A stretch of 64,000 nucleotides of DNA from an uncultured Gemmatimonadales bacterium (GTDB lineage: Bacteria > Gemmatimonadota > Gemmatimonadetes > Longimicrobiales > RSA9), in contig CAVUKA010000006.1 in NCBI GenBank assembly GCA_963741945.1, positions 252,486 to 316,485 on the forward strand, given 5' to 3'. Every line of letters starts with the position of its first letter. The first letter of the stretch is position 1. The position numbers were made by a program, and so were the translations under genes. The notes beneath the pieces were generated by a model that worked only from the letters and a program-made list of their open reading frames with translations, made no database searches and had not been told where the DNA came from. Positions 29,501-38,396 of the stretch are shown piece by piece.

Positions 29501-31475
29501 CGAAGCGGGCCGCCAGGTCGTAGCGGCGGGGCGTCTGCCGCAGGGCCAGGGTCCCGGTGGTCGCCACGTCGCCATCGCCCACCACTCCGAGATCCACCGC
29601 CACCTGCATCCTCGCCATGGTGCCGTGGACAGACACCGTGCCGTGGGCCGTCCCGTGCAGCCCGCCGTTCATGGGCACCACCCGATCGATGGTGCCGAGC
29701 GCCAGCTCCGGCGTGCGCAGGTCGAGGGCGAAGGAGGCGGGCGGCCCCGGTCGCCGCTCGGCGGTCCCGATGAAGTGCGACGGGCCCGCGGGGCCATGGT
29801 GAACCAGGTCCACCACGGCGGACAGTCGCTTCGATGGCGCGCCCGTGATGGTGGCGGTGCCCGACAGCGTTCCTTCCACCGGCAGCCCGGGCATCATCGG
29901 CTTGACCGCGGCCAGCTGGAGCGGCTCGAGCCGGAGGTGGAGTCCCTCGGCCCGGAAGCTGCCCTTCAGGCCGAGGTCGCCGCGGGCGAGGAGGTGCGAT
30001 TCGCCCGCGGACGGGTCGTGCTGGATGAGATCGGCGTCGACCGAGACCGCGGACCGGGTGGATCCCGTGAGCGTCGCGGTGCCCGTCACGGTCCCGTTCA
30101 CGCCGGCCGGCAGCGACGGGATGACCTGGCGAGCGAGTGCCAGGTGGAACGGCATGAGGCGCAGTGTGAGGTCGCGCATCTGGACACCGCCGCCGGTTGC
30201 GGTGCCGAGGCCGCCGTGGGCCGCGATGGTACTCGGCAGCCCGTGCACGGGGTTGAAGCGCACGTGGCCGTTCAGCGACAGCTCCGCGGGTCGGCCGGAC
30301 AGATCCAGGTCGCCGGCCAGCGACCCGTGCACGGGGAGCGTGTCCGATGGCATGAACCGCTCGATCAGGCCCGTGGTGATGCCGCTGAAGCTGAGGTGAG
30401 CGGGGCCGAGCTGCGTGGTCGTGCCGAGCTGTACCGCGCCCCGGGCCAGGACCTTCGCCCCCTCCGTGTGCAGCGCAAGCTGCTGGACCTGCAGCCGGGT
30501 GTGGCCCTGCCGCCGGGCCAGGACCCCGCCCTGCAGCGTGCCGCCGCCCGGTGGCAGTGAGGGCCGGAAGAAGTGGAAGTCCGGGAAAGCGATGGAAGGT
30601 GCGCTGGCGTGCAGTCGCAGGCCGCCGCCGTTCATGACGTACGCCCCCTCACCCTCGATTCGGGTGCCCGGAAGCGCCAGCACGAGGTTGTGGAGCTCGA
30701 TGGAGTCCGGCCCCATGACGAACCGCCCCGCCAGCTGCTGGATTCTGGCCACCGGTGGACGGTAGGGGAGTGCGAGCATCTGCAGACTGTCGATGGCGAT
30801 CAGCCTGGATGCCGTGTCGGGGTTCGCCACCCGTAGCATCGGCAGATACGCGTCGATGCCGTACAGCTGCTCGATGCGCTGGTACCCGCCCGGGACGCGG
30901 ACCACCCACGGCCGGGCCGACGGCGACAGCTCCGTCCGGATCGCCGCCTCGCGCGCCGCGCCGGAGAGGGAGTCCGGCGGCGACCACGGCATCCTCACCA
31001 CCACTTCGCCTCTCCGGATCCTGGTATCCACCAGGCGAATCCAGGAGCCGAAGCCCGGGATGGTGTCGGCGGCGGTCCCGGGCTTCTGCTTCAGGACATG
31101 CTTGTAGTTCCACTCGCCGCCGGGCGGCCGGTTCAGCACGATGGCCAGGTTCACCAGCCGGACGTTCCTGAGCACCAGGTGTTTGTGGATGATGTCGCTC
31201 AGGGAGTAGTGGGCCACGATGGTGTCGGCCACCAGGAACGTGTTTCCGGTGCTGTCCGTGAGCTCGACATCGACGAGGCGGGCGCCCGTGAGCAGGTTCC
31301 CCTGGATGGAGCCCACCTCGAGCTGCCCGTTCAGGCTGTTCCGGAGCTGGCCGAGGACGAAATGCCCCACCTTCTCCCGCCCGAAGCTCGTGTTGGTGAG
31401 CACGAACACCGCGGCCGCCATCAGGAGCACGAGGCCGAGCACCACGCCGAGCACGATCCGGAGCCACCGGGGCAT
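26586..31475 (-). CDS. tamB: Translocation and assembly module TamB
   Basis: 1629 aa, N-terminal TM anchor, beta-taco-like repeats, C-terminal DUF490-like GTARQPRISLES/LISYLAFG/VEAGKY. Confidence 0.88.
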   Translation of the reverse strand: MPRWLRIVLGVVLGLVLLMAAAVFVLTNTSFGREKVGHFVLGQLRNSLNGQLEVGSIQGNLLTGARLVDVELTDSTGNTFLVADTIVAHYSLSDIIHKHLVLRNVRLVNLAIVLNRPPGGEWNYKHVLKQKPGTAADTIPGFGSWIRLVDTRIRRGEVVVRMPWSPPDSLSGAAREAAIRTELSPSARPWVVRVPGGYQRIEQLYGIDAYLPMLRVANPDTASRLIAIDSLQMLALPYRPPVARIQQLAGRFVMGPDSIELHNLVLALPGTRIEGEGAYVMNGGGLRLHASAPSIAFPDFHFFRPSLPPGGGTLQGGVLARRQGHTRLQVQQLALHTEGAKVLARGAVQLGTTTQLGPAHLSFSGITTGLIERFMPSDTLPVHGSLAGDLDLSGRPAELSLNGHVRFNPVHGLPSTIAAHGGLGTATGGGVQMRDLTLRLMPFHLALARQVIPSLPAGVNGTVTGTATLTGSTRSAVSVDADLIQHDPSAGESHLLARGDLGLKGSFRAEGLHLRLEPLQLAAVKPMMPGLPVEGTLSGTATITGAPSKRLSAVVDLVHHGPAGPSHFIGTAERRPGPPASFALDLRTPELALGTIDRVVPMNGGLHGTAHGTVSVHGTMARMQVAVDLGVVGDGDVATTGTLALRQTPRRYDLAARFDHFDASAASTRAPQTLLTGTASVAGAGTHLATMDATVRADMVDLAVRGRRLDSTHVAVRLQNGVADVRRGQVRMNSLAADAHGRFGLVAGTSGTLTYDIRLDSLGAYSSAFPSGTGVVAPRPASQARALARAKRDSARLARQTEVQRMAVGYPPPPRLRLDTIPPLPRDSVAGSVRARGTITGNIHRFDTRGSATVDHVVMVGSAVAHAAATYQVRDFGTDSPAVVLAGTVDTLRTRGFTFDSADVRLAYTGKTRQGHGTADIALFQDTATEYRLGSSFSLSLNRNHAQLNRVLLRFDTTTWRSTRTSAIDWGGPGLSVDSLSLASNAGGRVILDGQVPVSGPADMTLDVDSLALGQVTTLIQDTTPITGLLSLHAGLRGPRSSPQLRATVGLVHGSWGTIALPRAHARLDYADRRLTTHATLARSVEPAAPVVATTAGATPAAGGGAVTTDTLVVADATLPFDLSLTSVPGSRRLPGPISVDVRADSLPADLLSRVSSGVSDVHGGLAGDLTVRGTWNEPVTRGDLRVDLSSLRVAYTGVDFNAVTGALVLRGDSARVDSLVARTGPGSFIVSGGIGLKPLSSPAFDLTVRSRNALVFDNSLGRVRADGDLDIGGRYPTLDVTGQVHILGGAIYAPAPTSIRHVTNLQNPEIAPAIDTSAVRPGVLPTSNPLLSNLTADVRVSIARNTWVRNTDGNVEVYTGGGTEPLHIRMSHGRQNLTLRGVVNADRGEYTYAGRLFRLTSGAITFTGAQQIDPLLHINGEYDVPRQDRETLLIQIHVLGTARQPRISLESNAQPPLPQSELISYLAFGRTSSSLLSLQGSGLTAASGGADGLPAIAQQQLTGLALGSFMDREVSQIQRSGTRAGLDVFRIHPASLPTELSFDGYFQNFLRSTEVEAGKYVSPRIYLGLQERISSGIPGIRVEYRTPGHFSWETTWQPRYLPSDPSLTLQTPTLARSFGTFLFWTHRF

Positions 31476-33811
31476 CAGAACGCCTCGCCGATGGCCAGGT
31501 GGAGCTGGAGCCTGGAAAGGAGCCGGCGCAGCCCGCCATAGCCGGCGCCGGGGTCGTATTGCTCGGTGGTGGCGAGCCGCACCAGGCGAGGCTGCCCGTC
31601 AGGCCCGGGCACCTGCGTGACGACGCCGAGGGCTTCGCTCCCGAGCTGGTGAAACGCCAGGTCGATCCGAACCGGCCCCACGGGCGACGAATAGCGGATC
31701 CCGACGCCCGGCGTGATGGCGCTGCGGGGGCGACCCGGCAGACCCGCGCCCGGGGCACCGACCCGTGCGCCGTCCACGAAGACCGCGCCGGTGAGGGCGT
31801 TCAGGATCGGGAACCGGTATTCGACGCTCCCCTCCAGCACCGAGGTGCCACCCACCGGGCGGGGCGTGAAGGCGCTGGCGGGAAGGATGTTGGGGTTGCA
31901 GCTCGCGTCCGCCAGGCTCGCTTCGGTGCAGGTCGCCGCCCCCGAGTCGGAAGCCGTGAGCAGGCGCTGCGGGTCCACGGTGAGGATGCGCGGCCCGAGC
32001 TGGTTCTCGCCGTAGCCGCGGACAGACTGGGATCCGCCGGCGTAGAACCGCTCCTGTGGGTGGAGCAGTGCCGTCTGACTGCCCTCGAGCCCCATGGCGC
32101 TCGCGGTGCTGGACAGGGCCCGTACCCAGCCGGCGCGCACGTGAGCCGCCAGCGTGGAGTGGAGGCCGACGGAGAAGTAGTGGCTGTAGTCGGCTTCCAG
32201 GCGGTTGTACCGGAACTGCGAGCCCGTGAGCGCGGACGCATGCTCCAGCGTCACGCTGGCCTTCGACCCGGCCGTGGGCTCCAGAGGATCGTCGGAACGG
32301 TCCACCTGGAGCCGCAGCGTGAGGGGGGAAAGACGATGCGTGCCGCGCAGGGTGGCGATGGTAGCCTGGTCGCAGACGCCGAAATCGATGCAGAAGTACA
32401 CCTGGTCGGCTTCCTGCCGCGTCTGGCCAAACCGGTAGTCGAGCGACAGGGGGACCCCGTCCGCCAGCCGGCGCGTGAACGTGAGCGTCCCGCCGTAGTC
32501 GCGCTCGATGACAATGCCGGGGATGCTCCGGCGGGTCGTGAACCCGCCCACGCCGAGCGACAGCCTGGGCGAGAAGAACCAGGGCTGGTTGAATTCGAGC
32601 GACACCTGCCAGGTGGGGGAGAGATACGCCGGGTCGACAGTGCCGCCGATCCCGCGTGGCACCGCGCTCCCGAAGATGGACTGGCCGTAGAGCTGGGGTG
32701 CCAGCAGGTTCCCGACGGCGGTGTTGAGCGTGAGCGTGCGCGCACCGCCGAGCCAGTTGTAGAGCGTATAGTGGGCCTCGGCCTGGGCGAACTCCACGGT
32801 GTTGAAGCCCGCGCCCAGACGCAGCGCGTGCAGGGGCGCCTCCTGCACCGTGACCACCACCGTCTTCGCGCTGTCGGTGGTGTCGGGCACGGTCACCAGC
32901 GCCTGTCGGAACATCTGGGAACGGTAGAGCCGGAGCTGTGCCGCGTTCAGGCTCCGACGCTTGTAGACCTGGCCCCGGGACAGGTCAAGAAGCCGCTCGA
33001 TGCTGCGGGTGCTCACGGCCTGATTGCCCTCGACGACCACCGTGTCGATCGTGGTCACGGGGCCCGGTTCGATGGTCACCTCGAGGTCCGCCCGGGTGAG
33101 CGAATCGCTCACGATGGCCGTGTCTTCGATCGCGGCGTTCCCGTGGCCCCTGTCCCAGAGCTGGTTCTTCAACCGCTCCCGGGCGGTGTCCAGCTGCACC
33201 AGGCTCAGGCGGTCTCCGGCGGCCGGGATCCCCGCCCGCCCGATCTGGCCCCGGGACAGGACCGGTCGGGTCTGGTGGACGGACCGCTCCGCCACCTGGA
33301 CCGGCGTGCCCGGCTCCACCACGAATGTCACGGCCACACCCCGCCCCTGCGGTGTGACGGTTGCCCGCGCCTGCGCGTGCCTCCACCCCCGCAACCAGTA
33401 ATAGGCCCGGATCCGGAGCTGGTCCCGCGCCAGTTGCTGCGGATCCAGGTCGTGTCGCGCGTAGAACGCCGGCGCGTGGCTCACCAGGCAGAACAGCTTG
33501 AGGACGATGCTGCGGCACTGGCTGCTCTGCGTGTACAGCGTCGCCTTCAGCTCCGAGACGTCCACAGGACCGGTGCCCTCGAACTGGAGCGACACCACGG
33601 CCCGGTGGTCCTCCGGACCGGATTGCTGCGCGCTCAGCGGCGCCGGCCGGGCCGCCGCCGTGGCGAGCCCCAGGACCAGGCCCGCGAGCGCAGACCACCG
33701 CACCACCCGACCGCGAGCGGGCGGGCGGTGGGGGCGCCCTGGCGAGATGCCAGGCGGCGCATTCCGCAGAGACGGCGGCGCCCAGGCGCCGCCCGGTATC
33801 GCAACCGGCAT
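31475..33811 (-). CDS. tamA: Omp85-family outer-membrane protein (TamA/BamA-like)
   Basis: POTRA-like segments, ERFYAGGSQSVRGY, GIRYSSPVGPVRID, C-terminal IGEAF; start codon uncertain. Confidence 0.88.
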   Translation of the reverse strand: MPVAIPGGAWAPPSLRNAPPGISPGRPHRPPARGRVVRWSALAGLVLGLATAAARPAPLSAQQSGPEDHRAVVSLQFEGTGPVDVSELKATLYTQSSQCRSIVLKLFCLVSHAPAFYARHDLDPQQLARDQLRIRAYYWLRGWRHAQARATVTPQGRGVAVTFVVEPGTPVQVAERSVHQTRPVLSRGQIGRAGIPAAGDRLSLVQLDTARERLKNQLWDRGHGNAAIEDTAIVSDSLTRADLEVTIEPGPVTTIDTVVVEGNQAVSTRSIERLLDLSRGQVYKRRSLNAAQLRLYRSQMFRQALVTVPDTTDSAKTVVVTVQEAPLHALRLGAGFNTVEFAQAEAHYTLYNWLGGARTLTLNTAVGNLLAPQLYGQSIFGSAVPRGIGGTVDPAYLSPTWQVSLEFNQPWFFSPRLSLGVGGFTTRRSIPGIVIERDYGGTLTFTRRLADGVPLSLDYRFGQTRQEADQVYFCIDFGVCDQATIATLRGTHRLSPLTLRLQVDRSDDPLEPTAGSKASVTLEHASALTGSQFRYNRLEADYSHYFSVGLHSTLAAHVRAGWVRALSSTASAMGLEGSQTALLHPQERFYAGGSQSVRGYGENQLGPRILTVDPQRLLTASDSGAATCTEASLADASCNPNILPASAFTPRPVGGTSVLEGSVEYRFPILNALTGAVFVDGARVGAPGAGLPGRPRSAITPGVGIRYSSPVGPVRIDLAFHQLGSEALGVVTQVPGPDGQPRLVRLATTEQYDPGAGYGGLRRLLSRLQLHLAIGEAF

Positions 33812-33952
33812 GGTGGCCGGACCGGCGCAAGATGGGCGCCAGCGGCGGCATCATCGGGCGGGCTGGACTGGCGCGGCGTCATTGGCGCTGAGGCGGGCGG
33901 CGACCGATCTTGAAACGGACACCGCTGGTCCCACCACGACAGGGAGGCGTTC

Positions 33953-34315
33953 ATGCGCATTGTTTCCGGCCGGGTCGTCCCCCTCGGCTACGGCACCTTC
34001 GTGCGCTCCGACCGCATCAGCGCGGTCCAGCCGATCGAGGAGGGGCGCGGTCCAGGGCGGCGCACCATGGTCTACGTGGACGACCTCCCCGAGCCGCTGA
34101 TCGCTTCCCGCTCCGATGCGGCCATCGTCCGCGACATGGTCGAGCCCGTATCCGAGGGAGGGGAGACGCTCCAGCTCCGACAGCTCCTGGGCGACATCCT
34201 CGACACCATCGACCGGCTCGAGCCCATGCTCCGCTCCATCATCCGCGACCAGGCCGGCTGGAACCTGGACCGCCTCGAGGAGCGGATCCGCGATGCGCTG
34301 GGGGAGGAGGGCTGA
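33953..34315 (+). CDS. Hypothetical protein
   Basis: GGGAGG RBS, 120 aa, good codon usage. Confidence 0.75.
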   Translation: MRIVSGRVVPLGYGTFVRSDRISAVQPIEEGRGPGRRTMVYVDDLPEPLIASRSDAAIVRDMVEPVSEGGETLQLRQLLGDILDTIDRLEPMLRSIIRDQAGWNLDRLEERIRDALGEEG

Positions 34316-34328
34316 CCGAGACGGTCCC

Positions 34329-34860
34329 ATGGCCATCGACATCACCACCCTGGGAGGTCTGCGCGTCCGGGACGACGCACGTGAGATCCCGGCGTTGGCG
34401 GGTCAGCCGGTCCGGGCGGCCCTCCTGGTCTACCTCGCCATCGAGCGCGAGGCCACTCGCGATGGGGTCATGGCCGTGCTCTGGCTGGAGCGCGACCGTC
34501 GTCGTGCCCGCCACGCGCTGAGCCAGACGCTCTACGAGCTCCGCCGCATGCTGGGCGAGGACTGGCTCGACGCGCACGGGGAGGTGCTGCGTGTGACAGA
34601 CGTGGGTGCGCACGGACGCGGCCGGTCTCGCCCGGGCCGTGGACGTGCCCTGGAGACGGCGCGGCGCTGGGCCGTCGTCGAGCCGCTGGAAGCCGAGGCG
34701 CAGCACGCGGTCATCGGGGTGCTCCTGGAGTCGGGCGACCCGCAGCGGGCGCTGCGCCACGCGCGCGGCTACGAGCGCCGATTGGTGAGAGAGGAGATCG
34801 AGCCGCTGCCCGAGACGCGGCGGCTGCTGGAGCGGATCCGGTTCCAGCTGGGCCGGGCGG
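34329..34860 (+). pseudogene. SARP/BTAD-type regulator with internal deletion
   Basis: N-terminal wHTH (TLGGL, ALLVYLA, ARHALSQTLYELRR) joined directly to the late BTAD segment (EPLEAEAQ, EPLPET); frame then runs on into the convergent cytochrome gene (stop 35297). Confidence 0.65.
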
Positions 34861-35035
34861 GGGATGGCGATGCGGCTGATGTAGCGGGGGGTGGACTTGG
34901 GTCCGCGGGACGGGAGCGCTCGGCCGGCAGGTGCCTGGAACGACCCGGCACCGACCTTCCGCCATCTCCCTCGGCACACCCGCTTCCTCCACCGCATCCG
35001 CGACGACGCACCCGGGGACTGGTGTGCCGCGCCAG

Positions 35036-35767
35036 CTACTGCCCCGGCCCCCCGCCGCCGTGCGCCTGCAGGTATGTCGTTACGCTGTCCACTTCGGGCG
35101 CGGTGAGGGGCTGGACGTCCATCTTCGCCATGTTCGATCGCATCTTCTGCACGACCCGCGGCCATTCGGCGGCGGTGTGCGCCGAGGGCGAGGGCGTTTC
35201 GTGGCAGACCGAGCATCGCCGTGCGAAGAGCCTGGCTGAGGGAGACTGGCCGACTTCCCCCGGCTTCGCCACCGGCAGGGCGTTGCGCTGGAGATAGGCG
35301 ATGATGCTGTCCTGCTGATCGGCGTCCGGGTACCCCACCTTCTTGATGATGTCCACCATCCAGCCGCCCACGAGGCCCCGGGTCACCGGGCCACCGATGC
35401 GGTCCTTGAGGATGCCCGCGCGCAGCATCATCCGGCGCACCAGCAGCGGCCACTCGGCCGCCGAGTGCATCTGCGGAGAGGGGAGCCAATGGCACTGCTC
35501 ACAGTACACCTCCAGCATGGCCGCGCCGTACGAGTGGGGCTCGGGCAGCTCGGAGATGCCGTAATCCTGGGGCGGCAGACCGGTCCCGATGGAGCTGATC
35601 ATGCGCCAGCGCTGCTGTCGTGAGAGGCTGTCCGTGAGCGGCCCTCCGAACTCGCGGAGGATACTGTCCACCGTCGTCAGCGTGATCTGTTCCGGCTGCG
35701 TCTTGTTCTCGTTTCCGGAGCAGGCGGCGAGGGAGAAGAGCAGCGGGAGGAAGAGAATGCGCTTCAT
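35036..35767 (-). CDS. Diheme c-type cytochrome lipoprotein
   Basis: Lipobox LAAC; CEQCH and CSVCH, each followed by PSP..H.AAEWP..V..M. Confidence 0.88.
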   Translation of the reverse strand: MKRILFLPLLFSLAACSGNENKTQPEQITLTTVDSILREFGGPLTDSLSRQQRWRMISSIGTGLPPQDYGISELPEPHSYGAAMLEVYCEQCHWLPSPQMHSAAEWPLLVRRMMLRAGILKDRIGGPVTRGLVGGWMVDIIKKVGYPDADQQDSIIAYLQRNALPVAKPGEVGQSPSARLFARRCSVCHETPSPSAHTAAEWPRVVQKMRSNMAKMDVQPLTAPEVDSVTTYLQAHGGGGPGQ

Positions 35768-36107
35768 CAGTTCGTCCTCGTGACGGTGCACTCACAATGA
35801 ATCCTCTAAGGGTAGCGCTCGGGCGCGCGCGTGGCCGTGCATAAGACGTTCCACGGGAACCCGCCCCCGTGCAGCCGGTCTGCAGGTGCCCCGGTCGGCG
35901 CTCGGCTCCCACTGCCGAGGATTCCGATCCGGAGAGCTCCAGGTCATGCGGTCGAAGCCGATGGGGAATGGCGCGCCTCGGCCAGCCGCAGTTCGGCAGG
36001 CCCCGGTATCCAGGCTCCCACTCTGCCCCGGAAGGGGGTATCCTCTTGCAGACGATGGCGGCCCCGGCCGCCGTCGGAGACCCGAACGAGCACCCGGGAC
36101 ACGTGAA

Positions 36108-36809
36108 ATGGCCGCGTCCACGATCACTTCCGACTTCTGGCCGGACCCCCGCCTCCAGGCGCTGGCCCGGGATGCCCTGGCGTTGCTGAAGGAGCATCTC
36201 CACGTCCGCCATTTCCGGAAGGGCAACCTGCTCTGGCGTGATGGGGACACCTCAGGGATGCTGGTCTCCCTGCGCCAGGGGCGGGTGAAGATCTACCGCC
36301 CGCTGACCGGCGGTCGGGAAGCGACGATCTTCCTGTTCGGCCCCGGCGACATCTTCGGTTTCCTTCCCTTCCTCGATGGTGAAGCCTATCCGGCGTCCGC
36401 CCGGGCCATGGACGACGTGGAAGCCGACGTGATGGCGCGATCGACGTTGCTCGAAGTGCTCCGCGCGGAGCCCGACCTCGGCATCACGCTCATCTCGCTC
36501 CTCGGCCGTCGCCTCCGGGCGTCCTTCGACCTGATCGGTTCCCTTTCCATTCCGAGTGCTCGCGTCCGCGTGGCGCAGGCCCTGCTCACGCACGTGCGAC
36601 ACGCGGCGGCCGGAGCGTCCCATCCCGTCATCACCCTCCCGGTCTCGAACCAGGAGTTCGCCAGCGCCCTGGGGCTGGTGCCCGAGACGTTGTCGCGAGC
36701 GCTGTCCGGACTCGTGGAGGACGGCGTGCTGGAGCGGACCGGCTCCGGCGGCTACAGGGTCCTGGATGCGGGAGCGCTGACCCGGGCATCCCAGCTCGAA
36801 GGGGAGTAG
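36108..36809 (+). CDS. Crp/Fnr-family transcriptional regulator
   Basis: GRVKIY, GPGDIFG, HTH with PETLSR; no FNR Cys cluster. Confidence 0.92.
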   Translation: MAASTITSDFWPDPRLQALARDALALLKEHLHVRHFRKGNLLWRDGDTSGMLVSLRQGRVKIYRPLTGGREATIFLFGPGDIFGFLPFLDGEAYPASARAMDDVEADVMARSTLLEVLRAEPDLGITLISLLGRRLRASFDLIGSLSIPSARVRVAQALLTHVRHAAAGASHPVITLPVSNQEFASALGLVPETLSRALSGLVEDGVLERTGSGGYRVLDAGALTRASQLEGE

Positions 36810-36884
36810 CCCTTTCCCGGCGACGACGTGCGGCCGGCCACTGCGGCGAGTGGCCACGGTCCCGTACGCCGGCATCTTTCCGCG

Positions 36885-36900
36885 ATTGACTCGAGTCAAT
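36885..36900. promoter_or_regulatory. FNR-type binding box
   Basis: Perfect palindrome ATTGAC-TCGA-GTCAAT, matching the FNR box TTGAT-N4-ATCAA; lies upstream of the fmdE-like gene. Confidence 0.75.
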
Positions 36901-37025
36901 GCGCCCCCTGCCGCATCTCCGCGACCTTCATGTTGAGCGGGCCGAGCGGCGGCCCGTCGGGAGCGACGCACCCCGATGGGGGCGGCTCCCGCACGACTCG
37001 ATGGAAGACGCGGAGGAGGAACGAC

Positions 37026-37643
37026 ATGGTGGATCCCAAGGAATACCTGGAAAGCGGGCTGGAGCTGCACGGCCACAAGTGCCCGGCCATGCCCATGGGG
37101 CTGCGCGCGGGCGCCATAGCCATGAACCGGCTGGGTGTGGAGCGCTCGGGCGCGAAGACCCTGCTGGCGCTGGTGGAGCTCGGCGATGGCCATTGCGCCC
37201 ACTGCTTCGGCGACGGCGTCCAGACCGTCACCGGCTGCACGTTCGGCAAGGGCAACATCCAGCAGCTGGGCTACGGCAAGTTCGGCCTCACGCTGGTGGA
37301 CAGGAAGACGGGTCGCGCGGTGCGCGTGGTCCCCCGGGGCGAGGCTCAGATGCAGCAGAAGCAGACCCCGTTCTTCAAGGAGTACAGGATGAAGGGGATC
37401 CCCCCGACGGAAGTGCCGGCGGAGGTGGTGGATCCGCTCATCGAGAAGGTCCTGTCGGGCCCGGAAGAACAGATGTTCAAGGTGAGCGACCCGTTCGACT
37501 ACCCGGTCGCGGCCAGCGAAGAGGACTTCAGCTCCTTCCTGTGCGAGCGGTGCGGCGACATGGTGGTGGAGCGCTACGGCCGCGTGGTCGGGGACGCGAA
37601 GGTGTGCATCCCGTGCCAGGAGGCCCTGGTGGCCGGGAGGTAG
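37026..37643 (+). CDS. FmdE-family protein with C-terminal Zn finger
   Basis: HGHKCPAMPMG, CFGDGVQ..TGCTFGKGN, CERC...CIPC; GGAGGA RBS. Confidence 0.92.
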   Translation: MVDPKEYLESGLELHGHKCPAMPMGLRAGAIAMNRLGVERSGAKTLLALVELGDGHCAHCFGDGVQTVTGCTFGKGNIQQLGYGKFGLTLVDRKTGRAVRVVPRGEAQMQQKQTPFFKEYRMKGIPPTEVPAEVVDPLIEKVLSGPEEQMFKVSDPFDYPVAASEEDFSSFLCERCGDMVVERYGRVVGDAKVCIPCQEALVAGR

Positions 37644-37645
37644 CC

Positions 37646-38395
37646 ATGCTGTACGCGCTCCTCGCCGTCGCGTTCGTCGGCGCGTCGTTCCTGTTTTCCA
37701 TGCTCGGGCTGGGCGGCGCGCTCGTGTACGTGCCCGCCCTGACCTGGGCCGGATTCCCGGTCAAGGAAGTGGCCATCCCGCTGGCGCTGCTGCTCAACGG
37801 AGTCACGACGCTCATCGCCCTGGGCTCCTACGTCCACGCGAGGCTCGTGGACTGGAGAGGCGGAATCGGCATGACCGCGGCCGCGTTCGTCTTCGCGCCC
37901 GTGGGCGCCTTCGCCTCGCGGCTCATCCCCGTGAAGCTCCTGCTCGGGCTGTTCGCCGTCGCCGTCCTGGTGGCGGCCTTCCGGATGCTGGTGATGTCCA
38001 GGCGGCCCGAGCCGCGGGAGCTCATGCCGTTGCGCCGAAGGCTCATCATCGGAGCCGCAGTGGGCGTCTTCGCCGGCTTCATGGCGGGGCTTCTCGGCAT
38101 CGGCGGCGGGTTCATCATGTCTCCCCTCCTCATGTGGATGGGATACGAGACCAAGCAGGCCGTGGCCACTTCGGCCCTCGCCGTGACGTTCTCTTCCTTC
38201 TCCGGCTTTGCCGGGCACGCGGCCCAGGGTCACTTCGAGGTGCGCCTGACCGTGATCCTGGCGCTGGCCGTGCTGGTGGGCGCGTTCGCCGGAAGCCGCT
38301 TCATGGTGACCCGGGCGAAGTCGTCGAGGGTCAAGCAGGTGTTCGCCCTCGTGCTGCTCGTCATCGCGGTGAAGCTGGTGGTGGGGGTCATCTGA
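37646..38395 (+). CDS. TauE/SafE (TSUP) family transporter
   Basis: MLGLGGALVYVP and LLGIGGGFIMSP repeats, AVATS. Confidence 0.92.
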   Translation: MLYALLAVAFVGASFLFSMLGLGGALVYVPALTWAGFPVKEVAIPLALLLNGVTTLIALGSYVHARLVDWRGGIGMTAAAFVFAPVGAFASRLIPVKLLLGLFAVAVLVAAFRMLVMSRRPEPRELMPLRRRLIIGAAVGVFAGFMAGLLGIGGGFIMSPLLMWMGYETKQAVATSALAVTFSSFSGFAGHAAQGHFEVRLTVILALAVLVGAFAGSRFMVTRAKSSRVKQVFALVLLVIAVKLVVGVI

Positions 38396-38396
38396 C

